Below, piece by piece: positions 1 to 9,109 of a stretch of 17,146 bases of DNA (position 1 is the first letter of the stretch; each line of letters starts with the position of its first letter). The position numbers and the translations under genes were made by a program. Source of the stretch: Fibrobacteria bacterium (GTDB lineage: Bacteria; Fibrobacterota; Fibrobacteria; UBA11236); assembly GCA_043745805.1 (NCBI GenBank), contig JAYTSD010000018.1:1-17146 (forward strand), given 5' to 3'. The notes beneath the pieces are model-generated. The model was given only the letters and a program-made list of their open reading frames with translations. It was not told the DNA's origin and ran no database searches.

Positions 1-69
1 CAGCGACAACATTCAACTATCGGCCATGTTAGCCCAGCCGAGTTTGAGAAGAGGGCTTGTGTTGTTTAA
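1..69 (+). CDS. IS3-family transposase (OrfB/integrase core), C-terminal fragment, 5'-partial; not in the ORF track
   Basis: Frame 1 reads QRQHSTIGHVSPAEFEKRACVV*, matching the conserved IS3 OrfB tail R-x-H-S-x-(L/I)-G-x-x-(S/T)-P-x-E-(F/Y)-E. Confidence 0.85.
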   Translation, partial: QRQHSTIGHVSPAEFEKRACVV

Positions 70-99
70 CTAAATGTCCGTGAACAAGGGCGCAGATCA
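1..99 (+). mobile_element. Right end of an IS3-family insertion sequence (runs off the left edge of the window)
   Basis: A transposase C-terminus at 1..69 is followed by CTAAATGTCCGTGAACAAGGGCGCAGATCA, ending in CA at 99. Its reverse complement starts TGATCTGCGCCC, in the style of IS3-family 5'-TG...CA-3' terminal inverted repeats. The element cuts the neighbouring HNH ORF at 99/100. Confidence 0.85.
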
Positions 100-299
100 G
101 GGACTCCTTTATTTCCTCGAATCGGAATATAGGCGTCATATATATGGCGATGACGAGTTACAACTACATCTACTGTTTGTCCAAAGAGATCATTGCATTC
201 TTTACAAACTTTATATACGTGAATACATCCACCTATGCTTTCAGGAATAACATGTTCATCGCTTGATGGTTTTTCGAGGTCACAAAAAATGCAGATCAC
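100..299 (-). pseudogene. HNH endonuclease (HNH_5-like, zinc-finger type) interrupted by the IS3 element
   Basis: Motif CIFC-x7-DEHVIPESIGG-x7-CKECN-x2-FG. The likely start is GTG at 299 (MICIFC), with GGAAAG just upstream. The last ~10 residues of ORF 66..335 (DLRPCSRTFS) are read from the IS inverted repeat. Confidence 0.75.
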
Positions 300-468
300 T
301 GTATACTTTCCATTCGTTCTCTCAACTCCCGCCAATCAAACACTAGCAACAAATTCCAAACCCATCTTCATACATTTTGCTTACAAATGATTAATAAACG
401 AGTAATAATGTCACATAAATCATGACTAATAGGAAAAATTGGAGAAACCTAAAATTTTACAGGCAGAC

Positions 469-688
469 GTTTCGACAAAGCTCAGTTCTCAATATTTTTT
501 GCGGCGAACAAGCTAGATTTTCCCCCAAACCCCCACACTTATTGCTTGCTCGTCGCAAAAAATATTGAGAGCTGAGCGAAACCAAGAAGGGGTAGCGGAG
601 GATCACCGATTTTAAATAGGCTATTTCGACAAGCTCAATGTCCTATTTAAAATTCGGAAGCCGTAGCGAGGGGAAGGCTTTCCCCTCC
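469..688. repeat. Composite palindromic intergenic element (REP/MITE-like or structured RNA) with three stem-loops
   Basis: 34-bp inverted repeat at 480..513 / 544..577 with 3 non-Watson-Crick positions. 15-bp inverted repeat at 606..620 / 642..657 with a 1-nt bulge. Hairpin GAGGGGAA-GGCT-TTCCCCTC at 668..687. Repeated motif TTTCGACAA(A)GCTCA at 470..484 and 624..637. Confidence 0.7.
668..687 (-). terminator. Possible clpB terminator or 3' stabilising hairpin
   Basis: GC-rich 8-bp stem 10 nt downstream of the clpB stop codon. No clear U-tract on the minus strand. Confidence 0.35.
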
Positions 689-697
689 TATTAATAT

Positions 698-2929
698 TTA
701 TTCAACTTCACTAAACACAGCATCTTCAACATCATTTTCATTCGAATTTGATTTCACCGTCGCAGCATCTTCCACTTCCGCATTGGCAAAATTAAAAGTG
801 AAATCCTCATTATGAAAATCCACTTTTAAATGCGCGCCAGAGCGTAGCTTGCCGCCGATAATCAAACGGCTTAAAGGATTTTCCAAACGCGTTTGAATGA
901 AGCGATTAATAGGGCGCGCTCCATATTGCGGATCATAGGAAAGCTTGCCAATGGCCGCCGTGGCTGCGGAAGTGATTTCCGAAGTAATACCGCGCTCTTT
1001 CAAGCGCTTGGCTAAATCGCGGAAGCGTAAAGCGGCGATGCCGGTTAGCTCTTGTAAGTTTAAGGCTTGGAAAACCAGAATCTCGTCAATGCGATTGATA
1101 AATTCCGGACGGAAAAATTCTTTAATCTCCGGCATTAAATCTTGCAGGGTAACAGATTTGTGACCTTCTGATTCCTGTAATTGGAATTTATGCGCACCAA
1201 TATTGGAGGTCATGACTATGATGGTGTTTTTAAAATTAACCGTGCGACCTTGCGAATCGGATAAACGACCATCATCCAAAACTTGTAATAGCACATTGAA
1301 TACATCAGGATGCGCTTTTTCCACTTCGTCGAATAGCACTACGGAATAAGGTTGTCGACGCACTGCTTCGGTGAGTTGTCCGCCTTCTTCATAGCCTATA
1401 TATCCTGGAGGTGCGCCTATGAGTTTGGACACGGAATGTTTTTCCATGAACTCGCTCATGTCGAGACGTACGACATATTCTTCATTGTCGAATAAAAATT
1501 CCGCAATGGCTTTGGTTAATTCGGTTTTGCCAACGCCGGTAGGACCAAGGAATAAAAAGGATCCAATGGGACGCCCTTCGCGGCCTAGTCCAGAGCGATT
1601 GCGCAAGATAGCATCGGCCAAAGCATGAATGGCATTCTTTTGGCCTACTACGCGTTTAGCTAAATGCTCGGGGAGATTCAGCAATTTATCTTTCTCTTCT
1701 TCTTTCAAGCGTGTCACCGGAATGCCTGTCCAACGCGCCACTACTTCGGCGATTTCGTCTTCGGTTACTTCTTCGTGAAACACCAAATCATTTCCCTTAG
1801 CATTTGCAGAATCCTTGCTGGCATGGGTTTGTAAAGCTTCCAGTTTTTTTTCAGCTTCGGGCAAGGTTTTATATTTCAATTCAGCTGCGCGATTTAAATC
1901 GTATTCGGCTTCGGCTTTTTCGATTTTCTTTTTGATTTGATCAAGCTCTGCTTGTTGCTTCCGCACTTTTTGAATATGCTTGACTCTTTCATCCCATTGC
2001 TTTTGAATGGCTTCAGTTTGATGCGTTAACGATTCGATTTCTTCACGTAAATTCACCAAACGTTTTTTGCTAGCATCGTCCTTTTCCAATTTCAAAGCTT
2101 TCTCTTCGATTTTGAATTGCAATAGTTTACGGCTTAAAGAATCTAATTCTTCGGGCATGGTATCCAATTGCGTTTTCACTTTAGCAGCCGCTTCGTCCAT
2201 TAAGTCAATGGCCTTATCGGGTAAAAATCTATCCGCTATATAACGCTGCGAAAGTTTAACCGCGGCCACAATGGCATTGTCTTGAATGCGCACGCCATGA
2301 TGATGATCAAAGCGTTCTTTGATACCGCGCAAAATGGATATGCTGTCTTCCACGCTCGGTTCTGAAACCATCACTTGCTGAAAGCGTCTTTCCAAAGCTG
2401 CATCTTTTTCAATATGCTGTTTGTATTCATTTAGAGTTGTTGCGCCTATGCAATGCAAATCGCCGCGCGCTAATTTGGGTTTGAGTAAATTACCCACATC
2501 CATAGAACCTTCGGTTTTGCCTGCACCGACTATGGTATGCAATTCATCGATGAAGAGCAAAGTGTTACCGTGATCATTTTCTAATTCTTTGAGCACGGCT
2601 TTGAGGCGTTCTTCAAATTCACCTCTATATTTTGCACCAGCGATTAAAGCACCCATGTCGAGGCTATAGATTTTTTTTCCTTTTAAAGATTCGGGTACAT
2701 CGCCGCGCACAATGCGATGAGCGAGGCCTTCGACAATGGCGGTTTTACCGACGCCGGGTTCGCCAACCAGTACAGGATTGTTTTTGGTTTTGCGTGAGAG
2801 AATACGAATCACGCGGCGGATTTCTTCTTCACGGCCGATAACAGGATCGAGTTTCCCATCACGTGCTTGTTGCACTAATTCTTGCCCGTATTTTTCTAAT
2901 ACTTTGTCTTCTGTATCTGCACTTTGCAT
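698..2929 (-). CDS. clpB: ATP-dependent disaggregase ClpB, lacking the N-terminal Clp-repeat domain
   Basis: Two AAA+ modules (GEPGVGKT / LFIDELH and GPTGVGKT / [10 protein letters not shown]), pore loops [11 protein letters not shown] and GAPPGYIGY, and a long coiled-coil middle domain (PEELD...[10 protein letters not shown]). RBS AGGAG precedes ATG 2929. Confidence 0.93.
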   Translation of the reverse strand: MQSADTEDKVLEKYGQELVQQARDGKLDPVIGREEEIRRVIRILSRKTKNNPVLVGEPGVGKTAIVEGLAHRIVRGDVPESLKGKKIYSLDMGALIAGAKYRGEFEERLKAVLKELENDHGNTLLFIDELHTIVGAGKTEGSMDVGNLLKPKLARGDLHCIGATTLNEYKQHIEKDAALERRFQQVMVSEPSVEDSISILRGIKERFDHHHGVRIQDNAIVAAVKLSQRYIADRFLPDKAIDLMDEAAAKVKTQLDTMPEELDSLSRKLLQFKIEEKALKLEKDDASKKRLVNLREEIESLTHQTEAIQKQWDERVKHIQKVRKQQAELDQIKKKIEKAEAEYDLNRAAELKYKTLPEAEKKLEALQTHASKDSANAKGNDLVFHEEVTEDEIAEVVARWTGIPVTRLKEEEKDKLLNLPEHLAKRVVGQKNAIHALADAILRNRSGLGREGRPIGSFLFLGPTGVGKTELTKAIAEFLFDNEEYVVRLDMSEFMEKHSVSKLIGAPPGYIGYEEGGQLTEAVRRQPYSVVLFDEVEKAHPDVFNVLLQVLDDGRLSDSQGRTVNFKNTIIVMTSNIGAHKFQLQESEGHKSVTLQDLMPEIKEFFRPEFINRIDEILVFQALNLQELTGIAALRFRDLAKRLKERGITSEITSAATAAIGKLSYDPQYGARPINRFIQTRLENPLSRLIIGGKLRSGAHLKVDFHNEDFTFNFANAEVEDAATVKSNSNENDVEDAVFSEVE

Positions 2930-3186
2930 AGGAACTCCTGAAGCTTGTTTTTCACTTGAAAAAGCAAAAGCAATGCCCGATGACTACCTTATGTCTATAA
3001 GGCCCGAAACTAAAGGCTTAAAGCATCATTACAGGCTTTATATACTATGGGATATAGTTTGTTTTGCAACAGGAAGGGATTTAATTTGGGACGGATTTTG
3101 TTTTAACTTGCAGCGCTGTCAGATTGGCAAATTCGTTGCAATTATTTCATTTGACTATAAATTTTAAAAAATTACCGGTAGCCAAC

Positions 3187-3220
3187 AAAAAATAAGATTA
3201 GTCACGCACTGAGTGACGAA
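3187..3220 (-). terminator. Possible intrinsic terminator of the nuoJKLMN operon
   Basis: Minus strand reads TTCGTCAC-TCAGTGC-GTGACTAA followed by TCTTATTTTTTG, ~18 nt after the nuoN stop. The stem is short. Confidence 0.35.
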
Positions 3221-3237
3221 TTTGGTAGAGTTTAAGC

Positions 3238-4665
3238 TTAAAGCCCAGGTATGCGAATAAGCCAACCTAAGGAAAGTACAAGCGCAACCGATACCGTTAA
3301 AACCAAGATATAATTCCAGCGCAATTGATGTCCGGCAACGCTTTGATTTTCACTTACCGCATCCATCCAAATGGACTTCACCAAACGGAAATAAAAGAAG
3401 AAGGAAATTAAACTGGCGACTACGGCAACACCCACAGCACAACTCCCAAAGTGAGGAAGACTTGGTCCAAGGCGTAAAGCTTCTAATACCACACTAAACT
3501 TGGCGGTAAATCCAGCGGTGAGTGGAATGCCTGCATAGCTCAGTAACAGCACGGTTAACCCTAAAGCGAGCAGTGGATGTTTTTTTCCTAAGCCTTGCAA
3601 ATCGCTGATTTCATCTACATCGGCTTTGGCTGAACCTAAGGCCATAAAAGCAGCGAATGTTCCAATAGTGGTAATGCCATAAGCGCCTAAATAGAAGAGC
3701 GTAGCTGAAGCCGATTCAGATAATACACCGATTAAAATAAAGCCTGCATTAACTACGGCGGAGTAGGCTAATAAACGTTTTAAATTGGTTTGCAATAAAG
3801 CTTGCAAGTTACCCAACAATACCGAAAGGATTATGGCTACGATTAATGCAGGCTTCCATGTTTCACCTAAAGCGCCAAAAGGTCCCCAAAGTAAAGTGGC
3901 TAACATTCCAAAAGCCGCGACTTTAACCGGCGCGGAAATAATCGAAAGGGAAGCGAGATTAGTGCCTTGATAAACATCGGGCAACCATGAATGAAAAGGT
4001 GCGGAGCCAGTTTTAAATAATAAAGCGCCTAAAATTAAAGCTAAGGAAATTTTTGCTAAACCGATATCACCGGCATGATTAGAGGCTAAGGCAATAGTGA
4101 GCTTGTCTTGAATAGCTTGTAGATGAATTTCGCCGGTGGCGCCATATAAAAAAGAAATGCCCAACAATAGTAATACGCTAGTAAACATTCCCAAAAGCAA
4201 GTATTTCAATCCCGCTTCATTAGAGCGCGCATCGCGGTGGCTAAAGCCTGCCAGTACATAGGATGGGATGGATACTAATTCATAAGCAATGAATAAGGTT
4301 GCGAGATCACCGGCTAAAGATAAATGCGCAATGCCTAAGGCGGTAGCTAAAACAACCATGCGAAAGTCGGTGGAGTGAATATGCACTTTCTCTAAATAGT
4401 CTTCCGAAAGTAATGTCGCTAAGGCCGCTAGGCTTAAAGCTAAGAAGGCCAGTACTTTGCCGATACTGGTAACACGTATGGAACCTCCAAAATATTCGGA
4501 ACCAATAGGTAAAAAACGCCACATAAAATAAGTGCTTAAGCTTATGGCAACAAAAGCAATGGGGCCTGAGAGACGTTCTTTTTCCCAAGGTTTAAGCGCT
4601 GCTAAAATCAGTAGAAGCATAAACCCGCTGACTAGTGGGATTTGGGAAAGCATATAATTGTTCAT
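3238..4665 (-). CDS. nuoN: NADH-quinone oxidoreductase subunit N
   Basis: Antiporter-like membrane protein with LFIAYELVSIPSYVL, SNEAGLKY, FKTGSAPFHSWLPDVYQG, QTNLKRLLAYS and AGIPLTAGFTAKF. Last gene of the J-K-L-M-N series. Confidence 0.95.
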   Translation of the reverse strand: MNNYMLSQIPLVSGFMLLLILAALKPWEKERLSGPIAFVAISLSTYFMWRFLPIGSEYFGGSIRVTSIGKVLAFLALSLAALATLLSEDYLEKVHIHSTDFRMVVLATALGIAHLSLAGDLATLFIAYELVSIPSYVLAGFSHRDARSNEAGLKYLLLGMFTSVLLLLGISFLYGATGEIHLQAIQDKLTIALASNHAGDIGLAKISLALILGALLFKTGSAPFHSWLPDVYQGTNLASLSIISAPVKVAAFGMLATLLWGPFGALGETWKPALIVAIILSVLLGNLQALLQTNLKRLLAYSAVVNAGFILIGVLSESASATLFYLGAYGITTIGTFAAFMALGSAKADVDEISDLQGLGKKHPLLALGLTVLLLSYAGIPLTAGFTAKFSVVLEALRLGPSLPHFGSCAVGVAVVASLISFFFYFRLVKSIWMDAVSENQSVAGHQLRWNYILVLTVSVALVLSLGWLIRIPGL

Positions 4666-6182
4666 GGAAAGCCTGCTGCGTTTTTAATGAGCAGTATTTT
4701 TTCAATAGGTTGTATGAGCAGCATAGGATATAAACCTAATAGCAACCAAACTGCGCCGAGTGCTAAAGCCATAGAGGTTTCGAAAGTGCTAAAGTCAGCG
4801 GCTTGCTCAATAACGGAGCCTTCAACGGGTTTGCCAAAGAAAATATTATGAAATCCTCGAAACATGGCCGCAGCGACTAATAAAGCACCGATAGAGGCAA
4901 AGAAAACCAAATAAGGCGAAGCTTGAAAGGCTGCATAGTAAACCAAAATTTCACCGGCAAAATTGCTAAGTCCAGGCAAACTGGCTGAAGCAAATAAAGC
5001 CAAGAGCAGAATGGCGGTTAAACGGAATTGTGATTTGCGTAAACCACCCGTTGCATAGATTAGTGGGCTATTCCCATTTTTATTAATGCGTGCATCAAAA
5101 GCAAATAGCGCAGTCATAATCAAACCATGATTGAATACTTGGAAAATGGCGGCGGTTAAGGCCGTACCTGCAAAGTTACCTTGAGCCGAGAATACCGATA
5201 AAGCGATTAAACTTAAATGGCCGAGCGAAGAGTAAATAAGAATGTCCAACCACTTTTGCGCCGAAAGGCAAAGGAAGGCAGCATAGACTACGCCAGCCAC
5301 ACAAAGCCATTGCAATGGCAAGGCAAAAGTGCGGCATTCTTCGGGAAAGCCAGGGGCCAAGATAAGGATAAAACCATAAGCCCCCATTTTAGACATAAGG
5401 GCCGAAAGTACGGTTCTACAAGCCGCTGGAGCAACTGTGTAAGTGTCACGTAACCAACCATGAAATCCTAGTAGAGGTAACTTCACGGCGAAAGCAATTA
5501 AAAAACCGCCGAATACCCAATGGCGATAAATGGCGGGCATTTGATTAAGTGTAGCTGATATACCATCAATACCAGGATCTCTTCCCGCCGCCGCACATAG
5601 CCAAATAATGGACAATAACATGGGCAAGCTACCCAATAAAGTGACTAAGCAAAAACGCATTAAAGCAGAATAAACTTTGGCTTTGTCTTCCTTATCTTCC
5701 GCTTGGCCAAACATTCCAATCCAAAAATAAGCACCGATTAAAGCGAGTTCCCAAAAGAAATACAATAGGATTAAGCTTTGCGAAACAAATACACCGAATA
5801 AACTAAAGAGGAGTAAATTCGCGGAGATATAATAACCACGGCTGTAAACTCGCGCTTTGTCGCGCAACCAAATAAAAATGAGTGGTAAGCTAATGCCCAT
5901 CAATAATAAAAAGGGGGTATTACGCGCATCGAGATAAACGGAAGGTTGAAAACGTAAACCTGTACTCGCTAAAGACAAGCCTTCGCTCGTACTTTCCAAA
6001 TGTAATCCCGAGTGAATGCTAAGCACACTTAAGAAAATTAATAATAAACCATATACACAATGAAAGGCCATGGCCAAGCGTGCTTGATCCTTCGCTTGAT
6101 TTTTATATACCGCGTGAAACACTATGCCCAGTATGGGCCAAATTAATGAAACGACGAATAGGCTATAGAGGAATGATTCCAA
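4662..6182 (-). CDS. nuoM: NADH-quinone oxidoreductase subunit M
   Basis: Motifs YFFWE, FAVKLPLLGFHGWL, KMGAYG, FNHGL and LPGLSNFAGE. ATGA overlap with nuoN. TTG start just after the nuoL stop. Confidence 0.93.
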   Translation of the reverse strand: MESFLYSLFVVSLIWPILGIVFHAVYKNQAKDQARLAMAFHCVYGLLLIFLSVLSIHSGLHLESTSEGLSLASTGLRFQPSVYLDARNTPFLLLMGISLPLIFIWLRDKARVYSRGYYISANLLLFSLFGVFVSQSLILLYFFWELALIGAYFWIGMFGQAEDKEDKAKVYSALMRFCLVTLLGSLPMLLSIIWLCAAAGRDPGIDGISATLNQMPAIYRHWVFGGFLIAFAVKLPLLGFHGWLRDTYTVAPAACRTVLSALMSKMGAYGFILILAPGFPEECRTFALPLQWLCVAGVVYAAFLCLSAQKWLDILIYSSLGHLSLIALSVFSAQGNFAGTALTAAIFQVFNHGLIMTALFAFDARINKNGNSPLIYATGGLRKSQFRLTAILLLALFASASLPGLSNFAGEILVYYAAFQASPYLVFFASIGALLVAAAMFRGFHNIFFGKPVEGSVIEQAADFSTFETSMALALGAVWLLLGLYPMLLIQPIEKILLIKNAAGFP

Positions 6183-6185
6183 ATG

Positions 6186-8075
6186 TTAACCCTTCGCTAA
6201 GAAAACAATGAGGAGGAATATGGCCACTAAAAACCCCAAAGCATATTGCTGGGCATTGCCCGTTTGATAGCGACGTATTAAATAAGAAGAACCAAATCCC
6301 AACCAGCCAGCAAGCTTTATACTACCAATAAAAATATTTTCCAAAATGAGACGTGAAAAAATTCCCAAAACTTTTAAAGGTTTCACAAAAATGTATTCGT
6401 ATAAATCATCGAAATAAAATTTGCGGGCAAGTGGACCGTATTGACCTAGGCTTAATTTCGGTAAACTTTCGCGGCGCTTAGCGCTGCTAAAAACGAAAAA
6501 GCAAATTCCCGCTAAAACCAAATTCAAAATGAGGAAAGGTAAAGCATGTGCAAAGGAAGGGCCTTCGGGTTGCTCCGTACCGCCAGTAATTGCAGAGTAA
6601 ATGAAACCTTTGCCGCCAAAGAGTGGGGTAGCGCTCAAATAACCGAATACTGGACCTACCACAATCAGAATACCCAGCACTAAACGAATACTAAGGGATT
6701 TTTCTTTAACAGGATGATGTGCATCTTCATGATAAGTTTTGTCGCCAGATAAATAACCGAGCAAACGGAAAAGGTAAAGAGCGGAAATGCATTCCACCAC
6801 TACGACTATCCAGTACACCAAGTCCGCAGAAAGCGAAAAACCAAAACCGGAAAGATGACCTTCTTTAATGCTTTCTAAAATAAGTTCCTTGGAAAAAAAT
6901 CCGGCGGCGAGATAAGGAATTAAACCCGCTCCGCCTATACAGCCTACCCAAAAAGCAATGCGTGTTACTGGTAGCTTCTTTAATACCCCACCCAAATGAT
7001 GCACATCTTGTTCATGATGCGCTGCGAATATCACCGAACCAGCGGCCAAGAATAATAAAGCCTTAAAGCAAGCATGGCCGAATAAATGCATCATAGCCGA
7101 ACCAGGAGCTAATACGGAAAGTGCCAAAAACATCAAGGATAAATTCGAGAGCGTAGAATAGGCCAAAATCTTTTTGATATCGGTTTGCGTTAAAGCCATT
7201 AATGCGCCAAGCACCAAGGTAATTAAGGCGCAAATCACCATGACAAAATTGGCTTCCGGCGAAAGAGTGAAAACGCCTTGTAAACGCATCACTAAATAAA
7301 TACCTGCTGTAACCATAGTGGCCGCATGAATTAATGCAGAAACCGGAGTAGGGCCGGCCATAGCATCGGCTAACCATACATGCAAAGGAGCTTGAGCTGA
7401 TTTAGCAAATGCGCCACCGAGTATTAATAAAGCGCCCCAACCCGCATAACCTGTTTGGGTCGCTTGCGTAGAAATACCGACTAAGGAGGCCGTTCCGAAA
7501 TGGCCAAAGAGCGTAAATACGCCAAGTAAAAAAAGGATATCGCCAATGCGGTTCACAAAGAGCGCTCTAAAGGCGGCCAGCGGCACATCTTTCTCTTCCC
7601 AATAATGGCCAATCAACAAATAAGAACAAAGACCTACGCCTTCCCAACCTAAGAAAATCAAAACCAAATTATCGGCCAAAACCAAGATTAACATGGCGGT
7701 TACGAAGAGATTCAAGCTGGCAAAGAAACGGCTTTGTTCTTTATCATCACGCATGTAACCTACAGAATACAGGGTAATAAGCGCGCCGAAGCCGGAAACC
7801 AAAAGACACATGCATAAAGAAATGGAATCGAGTTTAAACGTAAAATCCGCTTGAAAGGCTTGCGTCGCAAGCCAAGGTCCAGTGGAAAATTCAATGACAT
7901 GATGCACATCACTAAATCCCAAAGCAAAAGCCAAAACTAAGGCAAAGGCCGCGCTTACAGCGGCAACAGCCACACTGCTCACCACATTATAAGGTAAACG
8001 TCTTCCAAATAAAGCTAATGCTAATGCGCCCAAGGCTGGGCAAACGGGGATAAGTAATAATAAAGCAGGAGACAT
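6186..8075 (-). CDS. nuoL: NADH-quinone oxidoreductase subunit L
   Basis: Motifs YSVGYM, GWEGVGLCSYLLIG, NRIGD, KSAQAPLHVWLADAMAGPTPVSALIHAATMVTAG, DIKKILAYST, HACFKALLFL, and a C-terminal FYFDDLY...QTGN lateral helix. Confidence 0.97.
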   Translation of the reverse strand: MSPALLLLIPVCPALGALALALFGRRLPYNVVSSVAVAAVSAAFALVLAFALGFSDVHHVIEFSTGPWLATQAFQADFTFKLDSISLCMCLLVSGFGALITLYSVGYMRDDKEQSRFFASLNLFVTAMLILVLADNLVLIFLGWEGVGLCSYLLIGHYWEEKDVPLAAFRALFVNRIGDILFLLGVFTLFGHFGTASLVGISTQATQTGYAGWGALLILGGAFAKSAQAPLHVWLADAMAGPTPVSALIHAATMVTAGIYLVMRLQGVFTLSPEANFVMVICALITLVLGALMALTQTDIKKILAYSTLSNLSLMFLALSVLAPGSAMMHLFGHACFKALLFLAAGSVIFAAHHEQDVHHLGGVLKKLPVTRIAFWVGCIGGAGLIPYLAAGFFSKELILESIKEGHLSGFGFSLSADLVYWIVVVVECISALYLFRLLGYLSGDKTYHEDAHHPVKEKSLSIRLVLGILIVVGPVFGYLSATPLFGGKGFIYSAITGGTEQPEGPSFAHALPFLILNLVLAGICFFVFSSAKRRESLPKLSLGQYGPLARKFYFDDLYEYIFVKPLKVLGIFSRLILENIFIGSIKLAGWLGFGSSYLIRRYQTGNAQQYALGFLVAIFLLIVFLAKG

Positions 8076-8392
8076 TAGCGATGCTCTCCTAATTGCGCGA
8101 TGCGTTCGCGACCTATATCATGATGATTTTTAAAGAGCACAATAATCATGGATAAACCGATAGCGGCTTCTACGGCGGCAACACCGATGGATAGCATATA
8201 TAAGTAATGGCTCCATTCTTGATTGCCAAAGCGGAAATAATTGAAGGCCACCATACTTAAATTCACGCCATTTAAAATCACTTCTACGGAAAGCAAAATT
8301 AAAATTAAACTTTGACGACGCACTAAACCAAAGCTGCCGATGAGAACCAAAAGTATGGAAAGCGTTAAGCAATTTGCAAGATTGAAATGCAT
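8075..8392 (-). CDS. nuoK: NADH-quinone oxidoreductase subunit K
   Basis: 105 aa with three hydrophobic helices. Both conserved glutamates are present (LSVEVILNG; AAVEAAIGL). TAATG overlap with nuoL. Confidence 0.93.
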   Translation of the reverse strand: MHFNLANCLTLSILLVLIGSFGLVRRQSLILILLSVEVILNGVNLSMVAFNYFRFGNQEWSHYLYMLSIGVAAVEAAIGLSMIIVLFKNHHDIGRERIAQLGEHR

Positions 8393-8407
8393 CTAGTCCT
8401 TTAAGCC

Positions 8408-8989
8408 TTAAGGGGCCCGCATGCCTTTGCGGCGGGAAAAGTTCAGGGCGGCAATAATGCCAACTAAAATGAGAAAGGAAATTAATTCAAAAGAAACGGT
8501 TAAAGGATTATTCATCGGATCACGGAATAACAAATCGGCGATGGAGGCGATGGAACCAAAATCGGGTTTAGTTACAGGAACAGTTTCAATTTGATAAGCC
8601 ACATGGCGCACTAAAGGAATTAAGCCTGTGCCAATGAAAACCAAAATGGCAAAAGCAAAAATCGAAAAATTAAGTGTGGGCTTGGGTATATTTTCGCTTG
8701 GATTATTGGGATCAAAGGCAGGGATTTCACCGCCGGTAGGCATGGGATTTATCATCATGATCACAAAAGTAAAGAGCATCATGATTGCGCCAGCATAGAC
8801 AAGAATTTGTAATACACCAACTAATGGGGCCTGCAGCAGTACGTATATCATGGAGGTGGGTAAAAAAGAAATGATTAAAAGTAAGGTAGAGCGAACTGGA
8901 TTTTTAATCAGCACTACGCCTAGCGAACTAATCACTATGAGGATAAATGAGAGGGTAAAAACTATGTGAACCAAAGCCGAGTCTTGCAC
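8408..8989 (-). CDS. nuoJ: NADH-quinone oxidoreductase subunit J
   Basis: Motifs KNPVRS, QILVYAGAIMMLFTFVIMM and FELISFLILVGIIAA. GTG start with AAGGTGG upstream. Confidence 0.93.
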   Translation of the reverse strand: MQDSALVHIVFTLSFILIVISSLGVVLIKNPVRSTLLLIISFLPTSMIYVLLQAPLVGVLQILVYAGAIMMLFTFVIMMINPMPTGGEIPAFDPNNPSENIPKPTLNFSIFAFAILVFIGTGLIPLVRHVAYQIETVPVTKPDFGSIASIADLLFRDPMNNPLTVSFELISFLILVGIIAALNFSRRKGMRAP

Positions 8990-9024
8990 TAAAGAAATCC
9001 CACCTTAGACCTTAAAAGTGCCTA

Positions 9025-9053
9025 AGTTTAACAAGATTTCAATAGAATATAAA
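9025..9053 (-). promoter_or_regulatory. Candidate sigma70-type promoter for nuoJKLMN
   Basis: Minus strand TTTATA (9053..9048), a 17-nt spacer, then TAAACT (9030..9025) with an extended -10 TGn. It lies between the upstream terminator and the nuoJ start. Confidence 0.4.
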
Positions 9054-9078
9054 GCCTGTTCTTTGAATAAATACAGTT

Positions 9079-9101
9079 AAAAGGCCTAGACTAGACCTTT
9101 T
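9079..9101 (-). terminator. Putative intrinsic terminator ending the DUF3570 operon
   Basis: Minus strand AAAAGGTCTA-GTC-TAGGCCTTTT: a stem with one G-U pair and a short U-tract, 8 nt after the stop at 9110. Confidence 0.55.
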
Positions 9102-9109
9102 CGCCGGAC

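Noticed and set aside
336-371. In-frame TGA just upstream of the HNH ORF (MKMGLEFVASV*LAG...), suggesting readthrough or a longer ancestral gene
   Set aside because: GTG 299 with an RBS gives a typical M-x-C-x-x-C start. TGA serves as a normal stop elsewhere in the window (nuoM, TlpA).
469-688. CRISPR array, tRNA or integron attC interpretation of the palindromic region
   Set aside because: There are no regularly spaced direct repeats with spacers and no cloverleaf. It does not sit at the 3' end of a cassette-like ORF, and no integrase is visible.
945-3167. Plus-strand ORFs 945..1163, 1419..1628, 2632..2841 and 2736..3167
   Set aside because: They are antisense shadows of clpB with no recognisable motifs.
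3785-8372. Short ORFs 3785..3970, 4307..4588, 4642..4851, 5217..5453, 7063..7377 and 8130..8372
   Set aside because: They lie inside well-supported nuo genes, in alternative frames or antisense.
3238-8989. Mrp Na+/H+ antiporter or hydrogenase membrane module interpretation
   Set aside because: Gene order J-K-L-M-N and subunit-specific motifs fit complex I. No MrpE/F/G or hydrogenase subunits are present.
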